Below, in pieces: positions 49,200-63,818 of a stretch of DNA of 64,000 bases. The stretch spans positions 26,164,001-26,228,000 of the forward strand of contig OX597824.1 of the NCBI GenBank assembly GCA_951406725.2. Direction: 5' to 3'. The translations under genes were made by a program, and so were the position numbers. This DNA comes from Octopus vulgaris (Eukaryota). The notes below the pieces were generated by a model. The model was not told the origin of the DNA. It saw only the letters and a list, made by a program, of their open reading frames with translations, and ran no database searches. Each line of letters opens with the position of its first letter. The first letter of the stretch is position 1.

Positions 49200-51412
49200 G
49201 GTTTTTCATGCCAGATTTGTTTGGCAGCCTCTTGACAGATGTCTACAGTAACTGGCTGCAAAACGGGAGAATTCCTAGTGCTGTTCGCCGGGGTGTAGTA
49301 ACACTGCTAAGAAAGGACGACAACAATGGGAACATGCTAGGAAATTTTCGGCACGTAACTCTGCTAAGCACAGAGTTTAAGATTCTGGCCAAGGTGTTAG
49401 CAAAAAGGTTGGCGCCTGTCGTTGGTAGTCTGGTCAGGGAGACAAAAACGTGCGCAATCCCGAGAAGATCTATTCACGACAACCTCCACCTTATGCGATA
49501 AATCGTAGAGAGGACTGGGACTAAAGCTGGCTTCTGTGGGGCCCTGATCAATTTAGATCAGTCGAAAGCTTTCGATAGGATAGATCATCGCTACATGGAA
49601 GCCGTCCTTAACGCGGCCGGTTTCGGATCCGTTTTCAGAGGTTGGATTGCTGCAATGCACAGCGGCACCTGTTCGGTCGTCAAAGTAAATGGCCACCTAT
49701 CAGAACTGTTTAGTATCGCACATTTGGTTCGTCAAGGCTGCCCGTTGTCACCACCTGAATGTGCTGGCTCTCAAGCAACTACCGCAAAAGTTGAAACAGT
49801 TAAGAGGCTTCCCTTTCAAAATTGGAATAGGGAGGGCAGTGTCTTGCATACGCGGACGACGTCACCGTCATGGTGTCGGACGTCTCCGAAGTGGAGACGT
49901 TTGGATCCACTGTAAAGGAATATGGATCGGTTGCAGGGGCTAAAATCAATGCCTACAAGTCGGTGGGATTGTGACTGGGCACCTGGAGACGCAGATCGAT
50001 GCCGTCGGACTGTGGACTGACGGACTAGTTAAACTGCTCGGGGTCTGGTTTGGTCCCGACCTCCAGGTAGATAAGAACTGGGAAGAGGTGACGAACAGGG
50101 TGACCTCTCTTACCTAGAAATGGGCAGAGCGAAAGTTGTCCCTGAAAAGTCGTGCAGAAGTGGCGAATGCCTACATCAACTCTGTCATCATTTATCGTCT
50201 GACCATTGTACCTTTCTTGATTAGATTAGAGCGTATTCTGTTTATTTTCTTGTGGAAGAGACGCTTTCCAATGATCAGGCGGTCGGTCTGCTGTGAACTT
50301 CCTTTGCGTGGCGGCTTAGGTAGACACGCACTCAGGTTGCCTCACTCAGGTTGTGACACTCAGCGATTTCTTGAAAGTGAACGTGTATGGGCTCCGTTTG
50401 TGAGACACGCCTTTCCACAGCTTGTCTCCTTGACAGAACTGCAGTCCTAGGTAAAGGATAGGACGAGACTGGGCACCTGGCACTTAGAACATCGTCAGGC
50501 ACTCACTGTTCTCTACAAGTAAGGCAATAGGATCGGTGGATGTTCCGCTTTAGAAATTTACAGAGGATTAGTAGCGGGGAAGTGTGACTACGTCCTCGGG
50601 GAGACCTTTAGCGTCGACGAAGACGAAATGGAAAGTCTATTCCGGAGGACTTTCCAGTCGGGGACTATTATGGATAATCTGTTCTGGGTGACTTTCCGGT
50701 CAGGGATTGCTTTGGATAATTTCCAGATATCTCTGGCCTGGCAGTGCTACTGGGAGTGGGTGGGGGGCGCTACTGGTTCGAGATAAACTCTACAGGTACG
50801 GATGTGCTGTCAGACGAGCTTGTCTGCGGTGCTCGTAGAGCAACGGAACCGTTCTTCATGCATTCGTTCAGTGTCGGGGCATTGCTGACTTGTGGAGTTA
50901 TGTCGAACAGTTGCTGTCGCGTGTGGAACAGATCCGTCTGTCGTCCGAGTCTATAATGATGATTTCCCCACCACCCTCCTTTAATTGGGATGGCAAAGCA
51001 GTTTTACTTTGTCTGGTGGATGTGGCGAAAGAAGTTATCTGGTGGACGAGGTTGAAAGGAATGTGGACAGAGACATTCCTCTTTGGTAAAGCCGTCATCG
51101 AAAAGAAAAAAGAGAGCCACTTACTGTAATGTGTTTTCTTTTTGCATGACACTATCGCCCAAGGTTCCCGTGGTTTTTTCCGTAGGCTTTTCTATCCACG
51201 GACAAACCTAATCTGTTCTCCCCTCTTACATTGACATTACTGTGATACACGATCCCTATTGATCGGCCCCACCTTTTTTTTCTTCCCCACGATCCCTTTT
51301 GATCGGAATTGGTCCCCCTTTTTGTTTTTTCCTCTTCTCTTCTTCCCAAAAAGAAAAACTCTACTTTGTATTTTGTCCCTTTTGTGTTTAGCCCTGCGTG
51401 GCCAATAAAGAA

Positions 51413-51414
<2 letters not shown>
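49200..51414 (+). mobile_element. Degraded L1/Tx1-clade LINE (RT to 3' end)
   Basis: GVVTLLRK..NFRHVTLLSTEFKILAKVLAKRL, LDQSKAFDRIDH, VRQGCPLSP, AYADDV and LSLKSRAEVAN, with many stops and frameshifts. It ends AATAAAGAAAT followed by (ATCT)n. A possible ORF1 remnant (PASFASAAR) lies at about 48380-48830. Confidence 0.88.
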
Positions 51415-51507
<93 letters not shown>

Positions 51508-51673
51508 GATAAGGTGCTGCGCAGTGGGACAGAACCCAAAACCACATGCTTGTAATGTGCAGTTTTTAACTACATAGCTATACTAACATCTAAAGTTACC
51601 GTTATTTATTATTTTGGTGGTGTTTCTCGTCAAAGTTTACCTCCTCCGCTGATATACACTCGAGGAAAAACAC

Positions 51674-51708
<35 letters not shown>

Positions 51709-52962
51709 GACGCACACACACATACACGCACACGCACACACACACACACACACGCACACACACACACACACACACCGACATATACGCGCATACACATGTA
51801 TGTACCACTCGTACATAAAGACCCACAGTAAAAGCAGTTTATAATCACGGAAAATGTTATCAACTGGTTATTCTTAGGAATGGCTGTGTGGTAAGTAGCT
51901 TGCTTACGAACCACATGGTTCCGAGTTCAGTCCCACTGCGTGATACCTTGGGCAAGTGTGTTCTACTATAGCCTCAGACCGTCGTATATGTATATATATA
52001 TATATATGTGTGTGTGTGTATATGTTTGTGTGTCTGTGTTTGCCCCCTAAACATCACTTGAAAACCGATGCTGGTGTGTTTACGTCTCCGTAACTTAGCG
52101 GTTCGGCAAAAAGAGATCCGATAGAATAAATACTAGGCTTACAAAGAATAAGTCCTGGGGTCGATTTGCTCGACTAAAGGTAGTGCTCCAGCATGGCCAC
52201 AGTCAAATGACTGAAACAAGTAAAAGAGTAAAAGAGTAAAGAGTATAGAAAACATCTTCTTCCCCAACGGCCATTCCTATGGAAGCTAAACGAAAGCAAG
52301 TTTCCAAAATTTTTTATATCGTCCAGAAAAATCCTTTTAAAGTTATGTTGAAACGGTTCACTTTTGTCCAGATATCGAAATGAAAGTACGCAAATTAAGT
52401 CCTTACAATGCTGTTGAAATCTTTTGTCATGTGTGTCACACCCACTTTTAGTCACGCGCTTCACACCCGATTAATAAAAATTATGACTATAGATACGACG
52501 AGTGGATTTGGTAGACGGAAGCTGAAAAAAAGCCCGTCTTACTCAATGGAAAAAAGCCCGTCTTATTCATGTACTGATTCAATGGACGGTGCTGAGGTGT
52601 CAAACATTTAAACCAAATTTTCTCAAAACAACTTCGCCGACCGTCCCATAGGCCTCCCCTTTGAGAAACACTGATTTAACCTAAATTTGAGACTCCAGCA
52701 AAAGAAGAAATAATGTATCGCATTTTCATTAAACCCCACCTCAAAAAACTGGTCAATTGTAGGTCTTCATGCTCGCATTTTTCCATGTAATATATATATA
52801 TATATATACATACATATATGTACGTATGTATGTATGTATGTATGTATGTATGTATGTATGTATGTATGTATGTATGTATGTATGCATGTATGTATGTATG
52901 TATGTATGTATGTATATATGTAAATGTAAGTATATATATGTGTGTATTTAAATATTTATATA

Positions 52963-52996
<34 letters not shown>

Positions 52997-53471
52997 GCAA
53001 GGTGAAGCGGCTGACCTCTCCTGTTCGAAGGTTGTAATGGACGCAGGTTCGTGCGTCATATAGCTAGCTAGAGGCGATGGCCTCTTGGAGCTAATCAGCG
53101 ACAGCTTTAGTCTTATATTTAAAGACTACCATATTAGTATGGCGATAACTATTAATATATATATGTATTCATATATATATGTATTTTTATATATACGTTT
53201 AGAAAATGCAAATATTGCACGATTAAGAAGTAAGCAAATAGTCTTTTGTTTAAAAAAATTGAAGTATTTTGACTTAACATTCACCTTGAAATAAAGCTCA
53301 AACCATCTTGATTGAATACAATAATGGTTTTCTTTCACTAAAAAACACACTTTTTTCTCACCTGGAATCGATTTTTGTAATTTTTTCAAGACTTATACAC
53401 GTCCTGATACCGTCGGTATCTGCATATCAAATTTGAGCGCAATCGGATGGAGGATGCTCGAGATCCCAGAA

Positions 53472-53514
<43 letters not shown>

Positions 53515-54003
53515 CGGATTTTATATAATAGATATTGCTATCCAGCAAACGCATTAGCAATATTTTGAAATTCTAATCAAAATACAGACTACGCGGTTTT
53601 TTTCTGAAGACGCGTGGCTTAGAGGTTAGGGTATTGGGTTCGCGATCGTAAGGTCGATGGTTCCATTTTCGGCGGCCCGTTGTGTCCATGAGGAAGACAT
53701 TTTTTTCACGATGCTCCAGTCCACTTAGCTGGCAAAAATATAATTCAAAAGGACCATCCTTTCCACACTTGATGTGTCACGCTGAATCTTTTTGCAAACT
53801 ACGTTAAGGGTACGCGTGTCTGTGGAGTGCCCAGCCACTAACATATTAAGTTCACAAGCAGGCCGTTTCTTTGATCGGATCAACTAAAACAGTCGTCGTC
53901 GTAACCGACGGAGATCCATATCACGAGGTTGTTTTAGTCCGCATCCGGATGAACTCACGGCAATTGGCAGTTGATATTTTCATGTGAAAAATACTTTGAA
54001 CCG

Positions 54004-54177
54004 TGACACGAAGGCCATACGTTTAGGTGCCGCTTAAAAAAATTCAGCTGAAATTCCCGGAAAAATATGAATAAAAAATATGTTAAATACTGACACGTAG
54101 GCCATACGTTTAGGTGCCGCTTAAAAAAATTCAACTGAAATTCCCGGAAAAACATGAATAAAAAATATGTTAAATAC
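54004..54177. repeat. 87-bp tandem duplication
   Basis: TGACACG..AAATATGTTAAATAC occurs at 54004 and 54091. Confidence 0.85.
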
Positions 54178-55020
54178 TTGCTTGGTTAGTCAGACTTGAT
54201 TGTGAAAACTGAATCAATACAATGCTTGTAAATTTTCAAGATTTCTAGGTTAGATCAGTGGTTTTCAACTCATTTTCGCTAGTGGGTCCCTATGATTTCT
54301 ATTTAATTCTGCTGGACCCTCATGTTAAAAAAAAGGGCCCACTATTATATTTGTATAATTAAATATTTTAGAAATTGTATTAAAAAATTAAAATATTTTG
54401 TGTATTCTCTTTTACTCTTTTACTAGTTTCAGTTATTTGACTGTGGCCATGCTGGAGCACCACCTTTTTAGTCAAGCAAATCGACTCCAGGATTTATTCT
54501 TTCTAAGCCTAGGACTTATTCTATCGGTATCTTTTGCCGAACCGCTAAATTACGAGGGCGTAAACACACCAGCATCGGTTGTCAAGCGATGTTGGGGATG
54601 GGACAAACACAGACACACAAACATATACACACACACATACATATACGATGGGCTTCTTCCAGTTTCCGTTTACCAAATCCACTCAGAAGGCATTGGTCGG
54701 CCCGAGGCTATAGTAGAACACACTTGCCCAAGGTATCACGCAGTGGGACTGAACTCAGGACCATGTGGTTAGTAAGCAAGCTATTTACCACACAGCCACA
54801 AATGTTAACAGCAACATTTTATATGGACCCCTAGAGGTCATAACCACCACTAGAATGGATATTTCATGACCTGGGCCTCACGTACGTCATGCGAGAAAGA
54901 CACCCCCATCCCACCAAAATGAGCACAATAAGCGGCTTCGGCTTTACACACGTGCATAAAATCGCACGCACTCATTCACACACGCACGCACTCACACACT
55001 CACACATTAATAATAGTCAT

Positions 55021-55093
<73 letters not shown>

Positions 55094-55146
55094 CATATAT
55101 ATATGTATATGTATATATATTTATATATATTTATGAATATATATAT

Positions 55147-55199
<53 letters not shown>

Positions 55200-55334
55200 C
55201 ACAAACCGGTTTGGTATTTGGATAGATCTATTACAAAATTTAAAAACAGCTAAACATTTTGAGATTCAGGTGCATTTTCAAACACCAAAACAAATTTTCC
55301 TATATTTTTCCTGCGTGGGAATACCCTTCTCCTC

Positions 55335-55393
<59 letters not shown>

Positions 55394-55464
55394 GTGTGTA
55401 TGTATGTATGTATGTATACATAAATATATATATTGCATATATATATAAAGCTACATATATATAC

Positions 55465-55527
<63 letters not shown>

Positions 55528-55531
<4 letters not shown>

Positions 55532-56460
55532 TGATTGATTGATTGATTGATTCCAGTTTCAGCTTATGAGCTGTGGCCATGCTGGGGCACCGCCATTTGG
55601 TGTTGCTACTTGGTTTCACTTCATGGAGGCTTTCTAGCAACTGCTATTTGGTGCATGAGAGAGTTCGATGCAGCTGCCCTCATCTGCCCCTCCTGCCGTG
55701 AAGTTGGTTCATCTGGGACACCTGACAGGAAGAGATCCAGCTCCATTTTAAAGACATCTGTATCCACCCCATGCAGGTCTCTCAGGTTCATCGGGAGGAT
55801 ATTGAAGAGCTGTGGGCCTCGGAAGCCCAGGCTATCACAGAATCTTGTCCTACATCTTGATGGCAAGTTTGGAGTCCTAGGCACCACGCAGTGGCGCCCA
55901 GTTCTGGCGTTTGCGTAACTCTCGATGCCAAAGTTCAGGACACTTCCCTCCAGGATCTTCCAGATGTATATTATGGCATATCTTTCCCGCCTACGCTCCA
56001 GGGAATATAATTTTAATCTCTTGAGTCTTTCCCAGTAGCTTACATTCTGCATAGAGGCTATCTTCTTCGTGTAGCTTCGTTGGATCGCCTCAAGTTCTGT
56101 GATCAACTTGACACTGGATGGTGACCATAGCTGAGAGCAATAGTCAAAGTGACTTAGGACAAGTGTCTTCCAGAGGACCATCATGGTTTCTTGTTCTCTT
56201 GTTCTAAAGGTTCTAAGAATCCATCCAGCCAGCCGTCTGCATTTCATTGTCAGTTTAGCAACATGTACATGAAAGGTCGCGTCATCACTCATGTGAATAC
56301 CCAGGTCACGCACTGATTGTGCCTCTGGGATTGCAATCCCTCCGGGTCCAGTGTATTCCTTGGGTATTGCATTCAGTTTTGCATGCTGATAGTATAAAGC
56401 TTGAAACTTTTCAGCATTGAACTGCATGCTATTCTTTTCAGCCCATTTGTATATTTCGTA
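55528..56460 (-). mobile_element. CR1-like LINE 3' fragment
   Basis: The part of ORF 55621-56859 starting [14 protein letters not shown] closely matches ORF 57560-59068. The tail is (ATCA)n. Confidence 0.92.
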
Positions 56461-56476
56461 TATATGTATATATATG

Positions 56477-56527
<51 letters not shown>

Positions 56528-56566
56528 GTATATATGTATATATGTATATATGTATATATATATATG

Positions 56567-56597
<31 letters not shown>

Positions 56598-56662
56598 GTA
56601 TATATATATATGTATATATATATATGTATATATATATATGTATATATGTATATATATATATG

Positions 56663-56717
<55 letters not shown>

Positions 56718-56754
56718 ATATGTATATATATGTATATATGTATATGTATATATG

Positions 56755-56806
<52 letters not shown>

Positions 56807-56902
56807 AATACACACGTATATATACTTACATTTACATATATATACATACATACATACATACATACGTACGTACATACATATATGTATGTATATATATATA
56901 TA

Positions 56903-57420
56903 TTACATGGAAAAATGCGAGCATGAAAAGTAATATTCTTAAGATTATAAACCTGGAAAAATACAGGACAGGTTATTACACCTCTAAAAGTATAGGGCCA
57001 GCTATTACTTCAAGTAAAGTAAGGAATAAGAAACTTTTTACTTAAAATATTGCCGCAAAGAATGCCAGTTCTTCTAATTTATCACTCTTTACAGTTCTCA
57101 TCTTTTGAATTTATTGTACAAAACTGTTCTGCTAATTTGTAAGTTTGTCTAATTAGTCACTTTTTTCTGTATTTAAGGTAGTCAACTAGCCAAATTCTAC
57201 TTAAATAAGTATAGTGTTATTTGTAAACTATAATAAAATAATTTTTAATATTCAAATTTTAATTTTAGCTGCAATATTTTAAGTAAAAAGTTTCTTATTC
57301 TTTACCTTACTTGAAGTAATAGTTTGTCCTATACTTATACAGGTGTAATGACTTGTCCTGTTTTTTTCCAGGTTTATAAGCTTAAGAATATTACTTAAAA
57401 TACTCGCATTTTCCATGTAA
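56903..57420. mobile_element. Fold-back/MITE-like element with about 150-bp imperfect inverted arms
   Basis: TTACATGGAAAAATGCGAG..ACTTAAAATATTGC vs GCAATATTTTAAGT..CTCGCATTTTCCATGTAA. The same terminus also appears at about 52770-52790. Confidence 0.65.
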
Positions 57421-57579
57421 TCCATGATTTTTCCAGGCATTGCTGTTATAAGATAATTAATTATGTATCAATTAATAATTTAAGATTTTACCTTATAAAA
57501 TACTGAAAGAAAATATTTCGATTTTTCCATGTAAGTGATGATAATATTTCAATTTTTTCATGTTTAATTTAAATAAATT

Positions 57580-59160
57580 TCTCTTTCAGAGCTTCCTTGC
57601 AACTAGCAAACTTCCAAGAAAACTGAAGGATGGTAAAATATGCCCTATTCATAAAGGAGGTAGCAGAGCGGAGGCCAAGAACTACAGACCTATCTCTCTG
57701 ACCTCACACATCAGCAAGGTCATGGAACGAATAGTCAGAAGGAAACTAATCGCCTTCCTTGAAGAAAATGATTTGCTGCCCGACACCCAACATGGTTTCC
57801 GACCAGGAAGAAGCTGCCTAACTCAGCTCTTACAACACTATGACTGGGTGCTGAAACAACTGCTCAACCACTCAAATGTGGAAATGATATATCTCGACTT
57901 TGCAAAGGCCTTTGATAAAGCCGATCATGGAATGATATGTCACAAACTGCGTCATTTTGGCATAGTTCGAAAATTGGGAGAATGGCTTCATGACTTTCTG
58001 AAGGATAGAAGTCAGGTGGTAGTAGCCAATGGGGCCACCTCCAATGACACGCAAATAGTGAGCGGTGTTCCGCAAAGCACTGTTTTCGGACCACTGCTGT
58101 TCATAATGGCCCTCTCAGACATGCCCTCAGCCACACAGAGAGCCACAACCACAAGTTATGCAGATGATACAAAAGTTTCACAGGTAATACAGAACCCTGA
58201 AGACACTATGCACCTGCAATGTGAGCTGGATGAAATATACAAGTGGGCTGAAAAGAATAGCATGCAGTTCAATGTTGAAAAGTTTCAAGCTTTGTGCTAT
58301 CAGCATGCAAAACTAAATGCAATGCCCAATAAATACACTGGACCTGGAGGGATTGCAATCCCAGAGGCACAATCAGTGCGAGACCTGGGTATTTACATGA
58401 GTAATGACGCAACCTTTCATGTGCATGTTGCTAAATTGGCAATGAAATGTAGGCGACTGACCGGATGGATTCTTAGAGCCTTTCGAATAAGAGACCAGAA
58501 AACCATGATGGCCATCTGGAGGACACTTGTCCTAAGCCACCTTTACTATTGCTCTCAGCTATGGTCACCAACCAGTGTCAAATTAATCTCAGAACTTGAG
58601 GCAATCCAACGAAGCTACACGAAGAAGATAGCCTCTATGCAGCATATAAGCTATTGGGAAAGACTCAAGAGATTAAGACTCTATTCCTTAGAGCGTAGGC
58701 AAGAAAGATATGCCATAATATACATCGGGAAGATCCTGGAAGGACTTGTCCCAAACTTTGGCATCGAGAGTTACACAAATACTAGAACTGGACACCACTG
58801 CATAGTGCCAAGGACTCCAAATTTGCCATCAAGATGTAGGACAAGATACTGCAATAGCCTGGGCTTCAGAGGTCCACAGCTCTTCAATATCCTCCCGAAG
58901 GACCTGAGAGACCTGCATGGCGTGGATGCAGATGTCTTCAAAATAAAGCTGGACCTCTTCCTGCCAGGTGTCCCAAATGAACCAACTTCACGGCAGGAGG
59001 TGCAGATGAGGGCAGCTGCATCAAACTCTCTCATGCACCAAATGTCAATTGCTAAAAAGCATTCGTGAAGTAAAATCCTGTAGCAACACCAAATGGCGGT
59101 GCCCCAGCATGGCCACAGCTCGTGAGCTGAAACTAGATGAAATGAAATGAAAAAAAAAAT
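57580..59160 (+). mobile_element. CR1-like LINE, 5'-truncated, with uninterrupted RT and C-terminal ORF
   Basis: ORF to 59068 contains PIHKGG..NYRPISLTS, QHGFRPGRSC, LDFAKAFDK, SGVPQ, YADDTK and RDLG. No endonuclease domain. The 3' hairpin is followed by an (ATGAA)n tail. Confidence 0.93.
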
Positions 59161-59895
59161 GAAATATGTTTTGATTGAATTATTTTATATTACCTATCCA
59201 CACCAAATTAATGGCAGGGATTTTTACCATGTTGTTCGTTGCACCATGGCTCACCAAAAGTTACAAACACCAAGACCCCAAAACCATCAGTTACAAGGCT
59301 CACCTTAAGTATCCTAATTTTGCAATTAAAAAATGACTATTATTGTACCTTCAATTTTATGTAAATATTTGGTTTTTCATAAATTAAAACCATTTTTTAA
59401 ACCAAAAAAACTATTTTTAATTTCCAAATTTAAGATGTTCTTGCTAATTTTTTGGGCGTGTGATTTAGGTAGGGGGATATTTTGGCTACTGTTTTTAGCG
59501 TGCCGAGCGACCAAGTAGAGGCTCTTTCACTGGTTCGATTGCTTGATGTGATTCTTTTACACATATATGTAATATGTATATATATCATCGGCAGAAGTTA
59601 GAGAGTAAGTCAAAAGGTGAGAGTTTCGTGTATTGGCACTTATCAAACACGAATTTGTCCATTATCATTCTGTAACTTCTGACGAAATAACTTCTAAAAT
59701 ACAAACTTTTGTCCAAAACGTTAAGAGTAAACTCTTTTCTATGTGACACATTCTACCAGTTTGAAAGTGTTTAGTTAAAGAAAAAATTGCAATTTAGTTG
59801 AGAACTGAATTAGTGGTGAAGCTGGTGCGATTGACGAAATGGTAGACTTAAGAATATATTCAAAACCGCTGCCCTAACCACTGGGCCATTGCGCC

Positions 59896-59965
<70 letters not shown>

Positions 59966-59987
59966 CATATATATACATATATATACA

Positions 59988-60039
<52 letters not shown>

Positions 60040-61682
60040 ATACATATATGTACATATTTATTTAAATACACACACACACACACACACACATCTTATACAT
60101 AAATGGCAATTCGGTATGTCGATCTGTCAGTTATGAATCTTGACAAAACTTTGCATACATAAACTAACATCCAGTTCAAGTACAGGTTACTTGGATTTCA
60201 ATAAAAAAATATAATGGACTTTCTAGGGGAGGTTGGGCTGGTATTTGATAAAATGAGAAGAGTGTGAAGAGTGTTAGTGGGAGGGAAATGTAGTGGCATA
60301 TTGAGTGTGGCTGATATCAGAGAAAGGCAGATAGCGTTGTGTAAGTGACGAATATGAGGTGGCAGTGGGATGTTAACATTAATACAGCTGTCATTCACGG
60401 ATATACACGCGACGCTGCATAATACTTTCTTAGATACATAGATACATAAACACACACACACACACACACACACTACGCACACACTATACACACACACACA
60501 CACACACTATACACACACACACACACACACATGCACATACACATAACTAACTTTTAAAACGCCGAGGAAGGGGAAGAAAGGTGGGTGTGAGGAATACGTA
60601 GGTTTAAGGAGAGTGGCAGTAGGTGGCTTTTCCGCTGTCCATTGCAAAGAAGCACGCACACATAGACACACACATGCATACATATACATACATGCATACA
60701 TACATACATACATACATACATACATACATGCATGCATATATACATACATACATACATACATACATACATACATACATACATAAAACATATGTCTACTATA
60801 CACCATTTTAAACTTGTGATTACCTGTGTGTATGTTTGTAAATGTTTGTGTGTGTGTGTCTGTGTGTTTGTCGTCCTATAACTAACTGTCTGTCTCTCTA
60901 CCTTTGTAGGGTCTTCTTTGTTGCTGTCACATATCGTTAAATTTTAAAATTACGTCAACAGTTTTACATTTGGTATATTGAAATAATTTTCTATGTTAAA
61001 TCCAATTTTGTTTATTTATTTGTTCCAGACAAAATTGCAGAAAAATGTTACTGGGGGGTTTAAAATTTAATCACTTTTACCTAATCAGAAAACAGGATTT
61101 GTAAGCTGGCATTTTCTGCATGATAGCTGTCTATCATAAAAAGAAAGCAAAATCATTACGAGGAGGAATTTTTTATTAAACAAACGAAAGCATAGCATTA
61201 CAACGACCAAAGTTGTAAGAACTTCTGAAGTTTTAATAAGTTTTAATGAATAAATTCATGTGAAATGGTCGACCAGATATGTAAATAATTCAAAAGAAAA
61301 AACACCATAATGAAAATTTTTGCGAAAAATTGCACAAATCTGTCCTGATCAAGGGGCCTTTCTGTCGAGGAAGGCATGGTCTAACATGGAATAAGCAAAA
61401 ATTTATATAAAGCATTCTATTGTAAAAATTGCCCGGCAACGACAGGCTATTCAGTTAGCATATATATATATATACACGTATATATATATAGTATTGTATA
61501 TCGGGATGGCAATTTGTTTTGCCAAATAAACACACGCACTATATATTCGTTCGTCACTCGTTTAGTAATAACTATCTATCTATTTATTTGGCAAAAAAAT
61601 CCATCCCGAAATACAACAATATTTGTTTCAACACACGGTTTCACATCAGGAATCTTGCAACACAAATTCATAAACGTATATA

Positions 61683-62914
61683 CACAGACATGACAGAAGT
61701 AAATAAAAACCCTTGTAATCATTAAATTTATTTATATCTGAAATTATACATTCAAATTATTTGTTGTTATAATGTGAATATTTAATATTTAGTTGGTATG
61801 CCCTTTGCATTTTTCAATGGAAGGACCCTATCAGGCATGTTACTGATCAGATGACGAAAATTCTCTTGAATTTCTTGCCAAATTTCATGCAGTTATCTCA
61901 AAAGATCTGGCTTTGAAGATGCTTTCTTGTTCTTTTTATGAAGTGTCCTCTCCATTATGTCACAGAGGCATTCAATAGGGTTCATATCTGGTGATTGGCT
62001 TGGCCATCGAAGCTTTTTAATGCCATTCTCTTCCAACAAATCTTGGGTCATTTTAGCAGTGTAGCACAGAGTCCTATCTTCTATAAATAAAGAGTCTTCT
62101 TTAATTATTTCACCACTGGAGAAGATTGGAAAGAGCCTTTTCTGCAATATGGACTCATATTTATCCGAGTTTATGTCTCCCTCACACTCCACCAGCCTTA
62201 ATCAATCTTTTGCCCAGAATTGCTCCCCAGACCATTACAGAATAGCTGTCGTGTTTCATTGTTGGCTGCAATCTTTGCACATCAAATTCTTGATCACAGA
62301 GTCTCCACATCCACACTCGACCACTGTCAAGAAAATCTGGACTCATCAGAAAATATGACAGTGTCACAAAATGCTAGTGGTCCCGCCACCTTCTCACTGG
62401 CCCAATCTTTTCTCCGCTTGATGTTGGTTGATCGAAGAAGTGGCCTCCTACTTGCTGCTCTGCCACAGTAGTCAAGTTCGTGGAGATAACTGACAGCTGT
62501 CTTGGGACCTACATCAACTTGTTCTACTATGCCAGAGGCCTTGCAACTAGGATTATCCTTCACAATTCTCTTAGCAAAGAGAAGGGTCCTTTCAGAGGGC
62601 CCTGGTTGATCTGGGCGAGGTGATATGGACTCCTTCCCCTCTCTGGGGAACTGCGCAATCACTCTATTAACTATAGAAAGCGGGTTTTCTGCGATTTTAC
62701 GCTGACTACGTCCACCTTCAGAATGACCCACAATATGGCTTTTTTCAAATTCAGACAGCTCCAAAGCTTCTTTTGTACATGGCATGTTTAAGCAGTCACT
62801 TACCGAACCTGAAACATAAAAATGTCAATTAATAAAAAATACAAAGCTTGAAAAGTTAGAATAAACATAAAACGATGTTTTATGGGGTATTTATTTACAC
62901 CTGTCATGTCTGTG
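61683..62914 (-). mobile_element. Full-length but degraded Tc1-family transposon
   Basis: TA-flanked TIRs starting CACAGACATGACAG at both ends. Broken ORF 62785 to about 61790 contains [16 protein letters not shown] and WPSQSPDMNPIE. Confidence 0.9.
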
Positions 62915-62939
62915 TAGAATCTATCTATCTATCTATCTG

Positions 62940-62971
<32 letters not shown>

Positions 62972-62996
62972 CCTACCTACCTACCTACCCACCTAC

Positions 62997-63099
<103 letters not shown>

Positions 63100-63120
63100 C
63101 CTACCTACCTACCCACCTAC

Positions 63121-63188
<68 letters not shown>

Positions 63189-63281
63189 ATACACATGTAT
63201 TAGCAAACCCATAACACACACAAAACACAGACACGCGTATACACAAGCAATCACGCAAACACACAGACAGATAGACAGACA

Positions 63282-63346
<65 letters not shown>

Positions 63347-63818
63347 ACATATATAGACTCAAAGGCATGAACGGATAAGGATACAGCCCAAAGACAGACA
63401 AAGTGTAATACACAGGACAGGAGGAGACACGTGGGAGGGAGAGTCGGTGAAGACGTCACCGGATGTATGACGGAAAATTCACTGACATAGGACTTAAAAG
63501 GACAATAAAATGAATCGGAAATGAAGAACGAATAAACAGTGCGTGTGTTTATTTGACAAAAAAATAAGACAAAACAAAAACAAACAAATAAAAATAACAA
63601 AAGCAAAAAAAAAACGACTATCCCGAAATTCACAACATATACGACTTAAAAGAACAATATGATGAATCGGAAATGAAGAACGAATAAATAGTGCGTGTGT
63701 TTATTTGGCAAAACAAACAAACAAAAATAACAAAAGCAAGTAAAAAATAAAAGATATCCAGAAATATAACAAAATCTGTTTCAGTACATGATTTCACAGG
63801 AATCTTGCAAAACAAATG

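Noticed and set aside
57560-59068. 502-aa RT ORF as a domesticated or autonomous gene
   Set aside because: 5'-truncated with no endonuclease, the start codon comes from flanking AT-rich DNA, and close copies lie nearby. It is an ordinary young LINE insertion.
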